Part shown: positions 20,208-30,573 of the stretch, one piece after another
How the letters are laid out: every line of letters starts with the position of its first letter
Position numbering within the stretch: position 1 is the first letter of the stretch
Source: a virus
Virus record (IMG/VR): IMGVR_UViG_3300008113_005797
Span: 5,634 to 69,633 of that record
Strand: one strand, 5' to 3'
Length of the DNA stretch: 64,000 nucleotides
The notes under the pieces: generated by a model
What the model was told of the DNA's origin: nothing
The model's input: only the letters and a program-made list of their open reading frames with translations
Database searches by the model: none
Translations under genes and position numbers: made by a program

Positions 20208-20232
20208 AAAACCCCCCAATTTCTTGGGGGGC
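20208..20232 (-). terminator. terminator after the major tail gene
   Basis: Minus strand GCCCCCCAA-GAAA-TTGGGGGGT followed by a T run. Confidence 0.75.
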
Positions 20233-20255
20233 ATCTATTAATTAAATTGATTTAA

Positions 20256-20942
20256 TTATACTGTTAGAACACGGTCTACAATAAATCCGTATTCCTGACC
20301 AACGTTTGCAGAAGAACCGTCTGGAAGCAAACGGAATGTTACTGGGAATGTTGATGCTGCGTTACGAGCCAAAGAGAACTGTGACTGTTGTACAGAAAGA
20401 ACACGACGTGCATAATATACACGCTCAGTTGCTGTTGCCTCTGATGTTGGTGCCTGACCTACTGCAATAAGCTGACGCTCTGTTGGAGCCTCACCTAGTG
20501 CACCACCAGCGATACCGAGTTTGTCGGTTGCTGTTGCGCCAGTTCCTGCGGAAGTAAGTGTAGTTGTGCGCTGACCGAATACTGTCAGAACGTTCTCAAG
20601 AGTACCTTCTGCCATTTCTGTTGCGATCATAACTTCCATTGACTCCTTGAAAAGCTTTGCTGTATCAAGAAGCTGATCTACTGTAACTGAACCGTATGAT
20701 GGGTTGTATGTTACCTGAAGACCGTTGTTTGTAAAACCTACGTTGCGATATCCGAATGTTCCAGCTACCTGGTCGATATCGTTAAGTGTTTTAGTAAAAG
20801 ACTGTCCATCTATGAATGCATAGTCTCCTGTACCTGGTGCTGCATTTTCTTCATATCCTGCTGTTGTGATGTCAGTGTTCGAAAGGAACAATGGTGACGC
20901 ACCAACAAGAATATTTTTAGCATTACCTGTATTTTGTGCCAT
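20256..20942 (-). CDS. major tail tube protein
   Basis: NILVGA...VGFTNNGLQVTY...FPVTFRLLPD; position before the chaperones; strong RBS and a downstream terminator. Confidence 0.85.
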   Translation of the reverse strand: MAQNTGNAKNILVGASPLFLSNTDITTAGYEENAAPGTGDYAFIDGQSFTKTLNDIDQVAGTFGYRNVGFTNNGLQVTYNPSYGSVTVDQLLDTAKLFKESMEVMIATEMAEGTLENVLTVFGQRTTTLTSAGTGATATDKLGIAGGALGEAPTERQLIAVGQAPTSEATATERVYYARRVLSVQQSQFSLARNAASTFPVTFRLLPDGSSANVGQEYGFIVDRVLTV

Positions 20943-21055
20943 TTGTAAAACCTCCTGTTAAATAAACATATATATATATTGATTTAATCTAAATCAAAGC
21001 TGGCTAGGCTTTTTCCTCTTGACTAATTTTACTGGACAACTAGACTTAACGCAAC

Positions 21056-21565
21056 CTAGTCAAATCTGCCGTCTTGTCCAACCGTCCTTGAATACTTGAC
21101 CTCTAAAATTATGTCGGCTGACATGTAGCCCTGGAGCTCCATGGATGGCTCAATGGGTGAGGTTTCAACCACATGAATGCTATGAAATATTATTTTTCCT
21201 GTACTCCTGGACAAATTGGCATCTCTGGCAGACTCATCCATTCTACGGAATAGGTCCATGATAAGGTTTCTTATTTCGTACACCTCTGTGATGTCTGTAG
21301 AGTAAATTGTAAATAGGACCTTTTCGCAGGCTATTAACCAGATGTCCTCAAATGACATTCCGATCTTGTCATAAACTATATGCTTTTTCCCATTTAAAAA
21401 TTGGTCTATTTCTGGAGACTGTTGCACTGGTATTATGGGGATAATTTCTGTGTCTGAGGAATCTGAGTAGTAGTCGCTTGCTTCAAATATCTTAGCTTCT
21501 TTTAATTCATTCCACAAAAATTTACGAAGCTCGAACATAGCGTCTATTTTATAATCTACTGTCAT
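21056..21565 (-). CDS. tail terminator-like protein
   Basis: Size and position just before the major tail gene. Confidence 0.6.
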   Translation of the reverse strand: MTVDYKIDAMFELRKFLWNELKEAKIFEASDYYSDSSDTEIIPIIPVQQSPEIDQFLNGKKHIVYDKIGMSFEDIWLIACEKVLFTIYSTDITEVYEIRNLIMDLFRRMDESARDANLSRSTGKIIFHSIHVVETSPIEPSMELQGYMSADIILEVKYSRTVGQDGRFD

Positions 21566-22350
21566 AGTGAGCCTCCAAATGATGCGTGTAATGCTGCATC
21601 TGCCTGTGTTCTTATTTTACCAGCACTAAAGCTATATTGCACCTTTTTAATATTCATTGGGACACCCATTGCTTTTTTTATTCTAGATCCAAATATTTGC
21701 TGTAAACCAGAAGATTTAATTGAATTATTTACCAGCTGTCCGCCAAAGAATCTTCCGTATGATAAAGAAAACTGATTAGTAGCCTGTGTTCCTCCAGGCC
21801 TTTTAACGACCACTGAGGTACCTTTAGGCATAAAGACTGTTGCACCATCAATTTCAAATACAAGCCTCTCAGCTGACCTAGGACGGATTATTACGGGCAT
21901 TCCAGACTCCATCACAGAAGCTTTATTTGCAAATACATATCCTTTTTTCTGTTTTTTATTTTTAGACGGCACAGAAGATTTAGATATCTTAAAATCATAA
22001 TTTATTCTAAACGAAAGCCCCTCTGTATCAATTCTTGAAAGGGTAAATAATCTTGATGTAGGGGATCCAGCTTTATTCCATTCATAAACATGGTGTAAAG
22101 ATCTTGGCTTAACTCTTGCTTGTGAGTCTATATATAAACCAAAATCCTTTTCTATTTGATTAAATATAGTAGTTTTAAATAAATTTTTAAATGCAGAGTG
22201 AGTGGTTAGTTTAGACATAACGGCAGCCTCATAATAAAGAAATGCTGATATCTGAGCAACCGTACTGTCTTTAATTATTCCTGGTACGGATCCCGCCATC
22301 AACCTTTCAAGCCCGCTGGCAGTTTGAAGTAAAGCTACGCTAGAGTCCAA
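21562..22350 (-). CDS. neck/tail-completion protein
   Basis: Basic protein in the head-tail joining cluster; likely TTG start at 22350. Confidence 0.55.
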   Translation of the reverse strand: MDSSVALLQTASGLERLMAGSVPGIIKDSTVAQISAFLYYEAAVMSKLTTHSAFKNLFKTTIFNQIEKDFGLYIDSQARVKPRSLHHVYEWNKAGSPTSRLFTLSRIDTEGLSFRINYDFKISKSSVPSKNKKQKKGYVFANKASVMESGMPVIIRPRSAERLVFEIDGATVFMPKGTSVVVKRPGGTQATNQFSLSYGRFFGGQLVNNSIKSSGLQQIFGSRIKKAMGVPMNIKKVQYSFSAGKIRTQADAALHASFGGSL

Positions 22351-22768
22351 TTTCTTGATTCTCAGATCTCTTTGCAATTGAATTATATGCAATGACGTTG
22401 CCAAATGGATCTGTTACTGGAGTAGAGCTTATTACTTCAAAAACAGTTGGGGTTTCAGTTGGATAGTTCAACTCTTTCCAAATAACATTGCCTGCTGAGT
22501 CCCTAATATTATTAATTTTTTCTCGATAGTTAATTTGAGTTTTGCTTCTAATTTCTACAATTTGTTGGTTTTCATATTTATTTGAAAATGATTGCTTGTC
22601 GTTTGAGCTTGAAGTTCCAGATCTAGTTATGTTTCCTTTTGCAGCACAGTCTATTGTTCTTACATAAGACCAAACCTTTTTAATAGAACCAGTATTAGGG
22701 TCTTGTTGGCTTGCCTGTGTATATATGTCTGCCTGCATAGGCATCAGAGAACCTATTAGCTCGCTCAT
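22340..22768 (-). CDS. head-tail stopper/closure protein
   Basis: QDPNTGSIKKVW motif; position after the adaptor. Confidence 0.65.
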   Translation of the reverse strand: MSELIGSLMPMQADIYTQASQQDPNTGSIKKVWSYVRTIDCAAKGNITRSGTSSSNDKQSFSNKYENQQIVEIRSKTQINYREKINNIRDSAGNVIWKELNYPTETPTVFEVISSTPVTDPFGNVIAYNSIAKRSENQEIGL

Positions 22769-22769
22769 T

Positions 22770-23753
22770 TTAAATCACTACCATTTGAGTTATAACATAA
22801 TCTGATAGTATCTGGTCTACGTAATTATTGCCCGTACCAGAAAATGTTGCTGAGTCGTATTCAAATTTCCAGTCAAACGTAGATATGTTTTTAATATACT
22901 TGTTTCTCCAAACCTTATCTTTAGAGAAATAGTCTTTCATAAGTTCTAAGCATGCCATACTGATTTCATCTGGCACGTCTTCCCAACCAAATCTTCCTTC
23001 TAGTATATAAGTAATATGATTACTAAAAACTCCAGAAGTGTCTGTAATAGATGGAGGAACCATTCCGTTTGCAGTATATACTGTATTGTCTAGCATATTG
23101 GCACGATTAATTCTAACCCCAAAACCACTTTCTGAAATTTGAAGAGAGTATCCCCAGTTGTTTACTGGTGGTTGAGCCAAGTTGTCTACAAGAAGAATAT
23201 CGTTGCTGTAAATTTTATGTATTTTATTTATTTTTCTTGGTAGAGGTAGCGTGTCTGTTTCATTTCCGTACAAAGTATGAGATGCGTCTTGCAAATAAAA
23301 TCTTTGTCCAGTAAATGTTTCTATAAGCTTTCTTGCATATCGCTCTGCCTCTAACATCTCCTGATATGTTTTTTTATTTGGATCGCTGTAGTCAGCCCCT
23401 ACACCAAGAGCATTGGCTGCTTCTCCAAGATCAACATAAGGAGTTGAAACAAAAACTTTACTTTCTTGTGAGACTGGTGTTCCTTCTACTTCATATTCCC
23501 AAACCAGTTTTAAAGTTCTTGGTCTGTTAGTATATTGTAGTGGTGGATAAACTTCATAGACTCCATTGTCTGATTCAATTTTTGTAGCGGTTAATGTTGT
23601 GAGTAGTTGTGAAGGATTAACAGAAGGAGATATTTCTGGATCCTCTGTTATATCGTAAAGCTTTACTTGTGGAAGGTCGTCAGAATCTACAACCTCGCCT
23701 TTCCAAAAAACTCTATGTTTTATTGGTGAGTTTGTTCCTACTAGTATTTCCAT
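22770..23753 (-). CDS. head-tail adaptor protein
   Basis: YVD...ARKLIETFTGQRF...GRFGWEDVPDEI...VDQILSDY, an SPP1 gp15/HK97 gp6-like pattern. Confidence 0.75.
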   Translation of the reverse strand: MEILVGTNSPIKHRVFWKGEVVDSDDLPQVKLYDITEDPEISPSVNPSQLLTTLTATKIESDNGVYEVYPPLQYTNRPRTLKLVWEYEVEGTPVSQESKVFVSTPYVDLGEAANALGVGADYSDPNKKTYQEMLEAERYARKLIETFTGQRFYLQDASHTLYGNETDTLPLPRKINKIHKIYSNDILLVDNLAQPPVNNWGYSLQISESGFGVRINRANMLDNTVYTANGMVPPSITDTSGVFSNHITYILEGRFGWEDVPDEISMACLELMKDYFSKDKVWRNKYIKNISTFDWKFEYDSATFSGTGNNYVDQILSDYVITQMVVI

Positions 23754-23769
23754 TAACTTATGTTAACGT

Positions 23770-24162
23770 TTAGTTATAGAAGTCTTGAACTTCCTTTGGT
23801 GTCGCTAAACGAAAACCCTCCTCTTTATCAAAGATTTTTTGAGCATCTTCTTCTGACATGGCTACAAATGGGTGATTTTTTGTAAATGTCTTTCCATGAA
23901 TATCGTATCTCATGTTGTCTCTTGTCATTCTTACAAGGATTGTATTCTCTGGCTGCGATTTAGGATCAAACTTTGGTAGAATTTCAATCTCCTCTGTATC
24001 CTTTTCAACTGCCTCTACTGTGCTTTGGTAAACACTCCATGTTACGCCTTCTTCTGCTAGAGCAGCAATAATGTCTTTTTTGTTTTTTAGGCCTTCTGTA
24101 TCTACTGCAAAATCTGTTGCAATTACCTTTAGGTCAGATACCTTTAATGTGTCAAACGACAT
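23770..24162 (-). CDS. capsid-adjacent protein with an N-terminal HeH/Rho-N-like motif
   Basis: LKVSDLKVIA...GLKNKKDIIAAL. Confidence 0.6.
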   Translation of the reverse strand: MSFDTLKVSDLKVIATDFAVDTEGLKNKKDIIAALAEEGVTWSVYQSTVEAVEKDTEEIEILPKFDPKSQPENTILVRMTRDNMRYDIHGKTFTKNHPFVAMSEEDAQKIFDKEEGFRLATPKEVQDFYN

Positions 24163-24216
24163 ATTTTATTTCTCCTTTTTCTAGGTCCTTTAATTATAGC
24201 ATTGTTAAATTAAAAT

Positions 24217-24248
24217 GAAAAGCCCCCAAAATTAATTGGGGGCCTTTC
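24217..24248 (-). terminator. terminator after the capsid gene
   Basis: GCCCCCAA...TTGGGGGC stem followed by TTTT. Confidence 0.75.
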
Positions 24249-24268
24249 GGTAGTTAATTCTTATTTAA

Positions 24269-25318
24269 TTAAGAAGCAACCTTAACGTTCTTTACTACTA
24301 CCCAAGCGTCTGCCTGCTCGATCTGAACGCCAACACGAGTATACATTGTGTACTCGATTGAGTCCTTACGTGGCCAGAAGAATCGGTAAACAGTAACATC
24401 ACGCTTGATACCAATAACTACGTTATTTGGGAATGTCAAGTGGATATCTCCGTGTGATCCTGTTGGGGTGTCATAGTCACCAGTTTGTGTCTCAGGAAGA
24501 AGTGGAACTTCAACGATTGGAATACCAAATGCGTATGGAGCTACATAACCTGCTGGACCACCAAGAACTGGAACATCTCCACGGATAATGCCTGAGGCAA
24601 TATCTTGTGGGTTAACGTTTTGAATGTTCTGTGATGTTGAGTATAAGTAATCCTGGATCAAGTTTGAACCTGATAGGAAGCGAAGGTCTGTACGACGTTG
24701 CTTGTACTTACGTGGAAGAGCCTTTAGTGCCTTGTTAAATACCTCACGGGAAATAACAGCACCTTCAGCGTCAACAACGTGACCTCCTGCTTTTGCTTTC
24801 TTAACTACACCGTCAAAAGACTTGTATAGTGCATCGCCTGTTAGTGATGAGTCACCATTTAGGATAACATCTTCGATGTCATTTCCTGCCTGTGTTGCCA
24901 TCAAACGTGCGATATGATCTTCGAGGTCTGCGCCTTCAATGTTGTCTTCTAGAGACTCAGTTGAAAGTTCCCAATCCATGCGAAGCTTCTTAGTTGTGAG
25001 AGAAATTTTTGAGAAAGTAACACCTGAGTTAGTTCCTGTGTTTTCGCCTTCAGATGCAAGCTTTACAAGCTTCTCTCCTACGGACATACGATCAATTTCT
25101 GTTGTATCAGCTTTCATTCGGACAGTACGTGCAACTTTACCAATTACGGTAGCATCGAACATATAGTCCAAGAATCGTGCTGATTGTTCTGGGTTTAGAA
25201 GTCCACCGTTGCCATTTTCTGAAGCAACATGAACGCCTGAACCACCTGTTGAAGAACCGAATCCAGTTGATACTGTTGTACCAGCTGCTGCGGCCTTTTC
25301 TAATAATTCATTACTCAT
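24269..25318 (-). CDS. major capsid protein (HK97 fold)
   Basis: GGLLNPEQ, ELSTESLEDNIEG, LNGD; follows the protease/scaffold gene. Confidence 0.9.
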   Translation of the reverse strand: MSNELLEKAAAAGTTVSTGFGSSTGGSGVHVASENGNGGLLNPEQSARFLDYMFDATVIGKVARTVRMKADTTEIDRMSVGEKLVKLASEGENTGTNSGVTFSKISLTTKKLRMDWELSTESLEDNIEGADLEDHIARLMATQAGNDIEDVILNGDSSLTGDALYKSFDGVVKKAKAGGHVVDAEGAVISREVFNKALKALPRKYKQRRTDLRFLSGSNLIQDYLYSTSQNIQNVNPQDIASGIIRGDVPVLGGPAGYVAPYAFGIPIVEVPLLPETQTGDYDTPTGSHGDIHLTFPNNVVIGIKRDVTVYRFFWPRKDSIEYTMYTRVGVQIEQADAWVVVKNVKVAS

Positions 25319-25336
25319 TTTTATTTCACCTACCCT

Positions 25337-26719
25337 TTAATTGTTAAAGATTTCATTTGCGGAACCGAGGAAAGCTCCAGACCATTTTGATTTTGATTTG
25401 GTAAATACCTCAGACCCGCCAAGGTCAGAGGACTTCTTAATTGCAGTTTCGCCTTCTACAGCGTTAACCTGCTTTTGAACACCTTCAATGGTGCCCTTTA
25501 TTTCTGTAACAGCAGCGCTAAGTGCACTGTGTTTTTCTGCCAACTCAGAAATTCTATCATCTACGCTCTTGCTGAAAGCTTCAACAGATGTTTTAATTTC
25601 TGTTACTTGTGCAGCATTTGCTTCTGTAGCCTTTGTGAGTGTTTCTGCGAAAAAGCCTTTTAGATCGCCTAACATTTTTGCAAAATCAGGTTCATCAACC
25701 ATAACTTCTACTGCTTCGGCTGCTTTTTCAACGTTTTCGGCAGAGGTATCTTCAGCTGCAGAATCTGCGGCTTCTGATGCTTTGTCAAAAAGATTGACAT
25801 TTGATTCGTCTTTAGATTCAGCAACTGGTGCCTCTTCTGCAACTGCATCAACTTCTGGAGTAACTTCAGCTGGTGCTTCAACAATTGCTTCTGCAACTAC
25901 TTCAGCATCTTTGCCTACATTAAGTTTTTCCATGTCATTACCTCCTTCTACGTTTGCCTGTTTTGCTGTTTGTGTTTCAGGCAACGGTAATCTTGACTTC
26001 TTAAATGAAGCAAGAATTCTATTTATTTCTTTTGATTTATTCATATCTGAACTCTCCACCCAACCTATTAGTGTGGCTGGTTTTCCTGATACTGGCGATT
26101 CAAAAGTTTTTTCTGTTGACATAAATACAGAATCACTTTCTTCGCAGTAAAAAATATTTTCTGTTACGACCTCTGTCGCAATACCCTTATAGATCATTTG
26201 ACCATTAACTTTTTCAATTGATAGGATGTTGCACAATTCATTTGCTGGGGAGTCTACTATTGAAAGTTCTACTAGGTCGTAATCTTTAATAAATCTGACA
26301 GCTTCTCCTGTTGCTTTGTTAACTTCATTATCAGACTCTTTAATTTTTCCGCCAATTGAAAAACCAGAAAGAGTTCCATCAAGTACTTTTTCCCAAGTAT
26401 CTTGTGCACCCTTTGAAATATATGATGTTACATAAACTCCATTATAAAAGGTTTGAGATTTTTGATCATAATATGTTTCTGGCTTAAATGAAACAACTTT
26501 ACCAACTGCAATTGACTGATGCATCTCACGAAGATTTCCTCTGAAATTTTCAAAAGCTTTTACGCTTGCTTCTGCTGTGACGACATCGCCTGTCTGGTCA
26601 ACATTATCTAATGTTGCAAAACCAGATACGGTTCTATTTTCTCTGTTGACCTTAGTGAATGGGATCGACAAATGTAATTTGTCGCCATTACTAGACCAAT
26701 GGCCTTTTTCAATGTTCAT
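25337..26719 (-). CDS. prohead protease with a C-terminal acidic scaffold
   Basis: VSGFA...DQTGD...LREMH...GFSIGG...ELSIVDSPAN; Ala/Glu-rich C-terminus with a possible internal start (GGAGG...MEKLN). Confidence 0.9.
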   Translation of the reverse strand: MNIEKGHWSSNGDKLHLSIPFTKVNRENRTVSGFATLDNVDQTGDVVTAEASVKAFENFRGNLREMHQSIAVGKVVSFKPETYYDQKSQTFYNGVYVTSYISKGAQDTWEKVLDGTLSGFSIGGKIKESDNEVNKATGEAVRFIKDYDLVELSIVDSPANELCNILSIEKVNGQMIYKGIATEVVTENIFYCEESDSVFMSTEKTFESPVSGKPATLIGWVESSDMNKSKEINRILASFKKSRLPLPETQTAKQANVEGGNDMEKLNVGKDAEVVAEAIVEAPAEVTPEVDAVAEEAPVAESKDESNVNLFDKASEAADSAAEDTSAENVEKAAEAVEVMVDEPDFAKMLGDLKGFFAETLTKATEANAAQVTEIKTSVEAFSKSVDDRISELAEKHSALSAAVTEIKGTIEGVQKQVNAVEGETAIKKSSDLGGSEVFTKSKSKWSGAFLGSANEIFNN

Positions 26720-26772
26720 ATGCTTAATTTTATAGTGTTATCTACTATAACGCAAATAACAGTTGATTAAAC

Positions 26773-28365
26773 TTATTTGACTTTTGGACCATCGCCTTTT
26801 GGATTCCTGGCTTCCCCGCTTTTATCAGGAGCATTGGCTGACCTCTGTTGATCCCTTTTCCTATTTCCAGTGGATTTTGCTCTTTGGTCGGCGGCCTGTT
26901 GTGGCTTCAAATCAACCATTTCGTCTCCACCCTCAATAGTAGTCATATTTTTTCGAATACGAACTTCGTTAGGGGTAATTACCTGCATTCTTAAATAGAT
27001 TTCGTCAATACGGCTTTGTGTCTCTTCGTCAGTTAGGCTTAGCTCGTTAAACTTTAATTGAACAACATCTGTTTTTTCTGCAATTAAATAATTTAATTTT
27101 TTCTCAAGTCGATCCTGTGCTGGACGGCAGACCTGCTCTTTAAATGTTTTATCTGCGTCTCTAGCAGCCGCTAGGTTAATTCCTTCTGGAATACCTATCT
27201 TGCTAATTGGAACACGGTGAGCTAAAAGAATTTCATCTCTATTAGATTTACGATATATATTAAATGAAGACTCTTGCTCTCCTGCTTCAATTGGCTCCAT
27301 TTTAAATTCAGTTTTTGAGTCTGGTGTGTCTGCGGGAAGAGGGATGTAGAGTGATCTGTGATTTTTCCCCTTAAGTCCGACCTGGAAAAACTCTAAAAGC
27401 TTTCTTTCTGATTCTGGTGAAAGCTTTGCTCCTTTAACTGTAATAATATATCTTGGTACCGCTTTATTTTCAAAGTAGTCAAGGTTATATCTTCCAGCAA
27501 ATTCATTACCAGCTAGTGCTTGCTGTGCGGCAATAATATCTGGGACACCGTAATAATTGTTCATTGGTGTGTATTTCTTTAAATGAATAATTTCATTTGG
27601 TCGGTCTTCTTGTCCAGCAATAGGGCTTATAGTTTCCATATCGCCAAAATTTCTAAAGAAGACAGCCTTGCCGTATAGAAGTTGAATAAAGCCATCACGC
27701 AATCTTCTTACACGCATTGTTTTGGCTGGTATATGGCCGATATAGCCTATGTCTCCTGCTACTGTACGTCCTACCTCTATGTACCCGTTTCCAGTCGCCT
27801 CAAGGTCTGTGTAGGCCTTTATAAGGGTCTCAGTAAATGACTCTTCTTCATTACAGTCATCAAGCCATTTATCTAACTGTGTTTTAATTCTTTCAATTTT
27901 TGCACGAGCTCTATCAAGCTGCTTGTTGTCAGATATTTCATCCATTGCATCTTTTGCTTTATCTGTTTCTGTAAACATGTATCCTAGGCCAACTATGTTA
28001 GAAACCTTTGCATTAATTGCAGCATAATTATATGTTGAAACTTCGTATATCTTTGAAAGATACTCTAGGTTATAAGTTGGTTCCACCAAATCAAATAGCG
28101 CATATCCGCTAATTGCTTGCTGCATTAAATTTTGCTGTGTTGCTACTCCGCTTGTTCCTACAAATGCTTTTGAAAAATCACGATTAATTTTGCGTTTAAA
28201 GTTTGTGCCCAAGCCTCTTAGCTTTTTAATCTCGTCTAGCCCTACTTTAAAAGGGTCGTCATGCTCTTCTGCTTTTTGAAAATGAAACCAGTCGGCAGTA
28301 TTTGAGATATTAATAGTATCTACACTATCAATTTCGTCTTCTAAAAACTCTACTTTTCTATTCAT
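26773..28365 (-). CDS. portal protein
   Basis: DLEATGNGY, EIIHLK...YYGVP, YFENKAVP, HRVPISKIG, ITPNEVR. Confidence 0.92.
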   Translation of the reverse strand: MNRKVEFLEDEIDSVDTINISNTADWFHFQKAEEHDDPFKVGLDEIKKLRGLGTNFKRKINRDFSKAFVGTSGVATQQNLMQQAISGYALFDLVEPTYNLEYLSKIYEVSTYNYAAINAKVSNIVGLGYMFTETDKAKDAMDEISDNKQLDRARAKIERIKTQLDKWLDDCNEEESFTETLIKAYTDLEATGNGYIEVGRTVAGDIGYIGHIPAKTMRVRRLRDGFIQLLYGKAVFFRNFGDMETISPIAGQEDRPNEIIHLKKYTPMNNYYGVPDIIAAQQALAGNEFAGRYNLDYFENKAVPRYIITVKGAKLSPESERKLLEFFQVGLKGKNHRSLYIPLPADTPDSKTEFKMEPIEAGEQESSFNIYRKSNRDEILLAHRVPISKIGIPEGINLAAARDADKTFKEQVCRPAQDRLEKKLNYLIAEKTDVVQLKFNELSLTDEETQSRIDEIYLRMQVITPNEVRIRKNMTTIEGGDEMVDLKPQQAADQRAKSTGNRKRDQQRSANAPDKSGEARNPKGDGPKVK

Positions 28366-28699
28366 GAACTTTACCGCCTCTCAATACGGAGTCCTTATAA
28401 ACTCCAATGTCATATGGATCTGGTGGGAGGCCCCATTTTAATCTCTGTTCTTGCTCTGCAAGTTCTTCGTCGTTAATTTTTCTACGTCCTGAAAGAAATT
28501 TAGGCCCGCCCTCATATATGCCGTACGAGCGAACTTCTCTAGCCAAAGCATCGATTCTGGATCTATTGCCTTTGATTGACGTGATCGAAAGAAAATTCCC
28601 ATCGTCATCTCCAATCCATCTACCATCTGGCATTTCCCAGACATAGATTCCTAGGGTTGTCTCTTCAACAATTCTCGTATTTTTCTTTAAGATATCCAT
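28358..28699 (-). CDS. hypothetical protein upstream of the portal
   Basis: GIYVWEMPDG...; likely start at MDILKK. Confidence 0.7.
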   Translation of the reverse strand: MDILKKNTRIVEETTLGIYVWEMPDGRWIGDDDGNFLSITSIKGNRSRIDALAREVRSYGIYEGGPKFLSGRRKINDEELAEQEQRLKWGLPPDPYDIGVYKDSVLRGGKVHE

Positions 28700-28761
28700 A
28701 GACAACAATGATACCATTATCTGGTGTCAAAGTCCATATTGTTGCATGGCCTTGTCAAATA

Positions 28762-30570
28762 TTATACGCTTATGGAGTCTGCCTGTACAGAAAATATAAC
28801 GAACGGGGTCGAATCGTTCCCCGTATTGCTTTCTTGTATAGAAAAAGAGGTGTCATCAATCAAATTAACCAAATTTCCTGTGTAGAGCTTATAGTGCCTG
28901 TCTATTTGATGCTCTAGTAAGCTATAGTTATATATGGCAAGATTGCTGTACATCTGACCCAGGCCGTATTTTGTATCTTCTTGATTTTGATTAATTTTTA
29001 AATTAGATCCAGGGCTATTTAATATCACTACAATATGGTGAGGAACACCATTTGATAAAAATTCATTTATATTAGTGCTGGATGTCCTATTTACCCCATT
29101 TACGTAGATTAATGCTATTCCGTTTTTAGATATCAATCCATTTGATGACCATTCATATTTAGCTAAATTTGTTGATAGTAATACGTTTTCTCCATCTTGT
29201 GGCGTATAGACCATTTCTACTGTTTCAATATCTATGTCTGCATTAACGGTAAATCCATGTCCATCATACATTTTAATTCCATTGCATTTATTAGCAAGAA
29301 GAATCCTACTGTTATATTCAGGAATAGAGTAATCATAAGAAGATGTTATGCTGTATCCAAAATTATCTGCGTATACCACCTTGTCTTTAAAAAAGTTAAT
29401 TGTTAATGATTTTAGCTGTGTGAGGTCTGACGTAGTGTCTGTTGATGACATTACTACTTTTATATATACCAAGTCGTTTCCTAAATTTTCATTTTTATTT
29501 ATAAATGGTAGCGGAGATCCGTTTAAACACGGCTCCCAATTTTGATTGTCAACGCTAGCATAGACATCAATGCCTGCGTAGTCCTCTTCCCAATAAATTT
29601 GCGATGTAGTGATTCCTAGGTGGCTTGGTATAAATATTTCTTCAATAAATTCAAACTCTCCTGTTTCAGCAACATCTGTTAATTTAAACTTTAAATACTT
29701 TTGATCCTCTGAAACCACTATGCCTTCATCTGCTACTTGATCCCAAGATTTTAATAAAGGATAAGAATATACTAAAGCAGGTTTTATTCTTGAAGAGTTT
29801 ATGCTAAACAGATAACCTCCATCTACGGAAACTATTTGAGAGTAATTAGTTTCTTTTGTTCCTTCATTATAATGTTTTTTAATTTGATACGGGGACAAGT
29901 TGAATCTATAAAAAGCTATTGCATCAATAAAAATTTTATCTGGTACGGGGCCTATGTTAAAGTTCATCAGTGTATTTGTAAATTTATATGAATCAAGCGT
30001 TTCGGAAGAAACTTCAACTCCATTAACATACATCCAAATTTTATTTGAAGAAAATTGTGCAACTACATGTATGGCCTCTTTGTTTGAAACTTTATAAAAA
30101 CATTCTTTATTGCCAACCTTAAATTTGATTTTTGAATTTTCATAAAATATGCCAAAGTCTTCTATTGTGTCCCCTAATATTATTTGACTAGCACTTTCAT
30201 CTTCTGGTAGTTTGACCCAAATCTCTATTGCAAAAGAATCGTCTGAGTTAAACTTTGTGGCGATACCAGGTGCTTTAAGTGCAATTTGTGTTTCTGGTAA
30301 AACCTCTGTACCTCTTACCGTTCCGTGCACAATTGGCATCAGCTCTTTGTCTGATGCATTTATTGCGTATCCGTCATTAGAGTTTCCAGAATAATCATAT
30401 ATTGGAAGCCCGCTTATAGAAGAATATGATATTCCGTTGTCTTTTAAATCTTGATATGTTGCAAACCTGTCAAGTAGATTTAAATAACTACCTATCGTTC
30501 CAGATCTAATTTCATCAAGCATGTAGAACGACGTAGGCTTATCTTGTAAGACTGTGTATTTGTACGACAT
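28762..30570 (-). CDS. LamG/concanavalin A-like virion protein
   Basis: DYSGNSNDG, FAIEIWVK, HVV...YVNG, and a second HHIVV...LAIYNYSL repeat. Confidence 0.75.
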   Translation of the reverse strand: MSYKYTVLQDKPTSFYMLDEIRSGTIGSYLNLLDRFATYQDLKDNGISYSSISGLPIYDYSGNSNDGYAINASDKELMPIVHGTVRGTEVLPETQIALKAPGIATKFNSDDSFAIEIWVKLPEDESASQIILGDTIEDFGIFYENSKIKFKVGNKECFYKVSNKEAIHVVAQFSSNKIWMYVNGVEVSSETLDSYKFTNTLMNFNIGPVPDKIFIDAIAFYRFNLSPYQIKKHYNEGTKETNYSQIVSVDGGYLFSINSSRIKPALVYSYPLLKSWDQVADEGIVVSEDQKYLKFKLTDVAETGEFEFIEEIFIPSHLGITTSQIYWEEDYAGIDVYASVDNQNWEPCLNGSPLPFINKNENLGNDLVYIKVVMSSTDTTSDLTQLKSLTINFFKDKVVYADNFGYSITSSYDYSIPEYNSRILLANKCNGIKMYDGHGFTVNADIDIETVEMVYTPQDGENVLLSTNLAKYEWSSNGLISKNGIALIYVNGVNRTSSTNINEFLSNGVPHHIVVILNSPGSNLKINQNQEDTKYGLGQMYSNLAIYNYSLLEHQIDRHYKLYTGNLVNLIDDTSFSIQESNTGNDSTPFVIFSVQADSISV

Positions 30571-30573
30571 GTC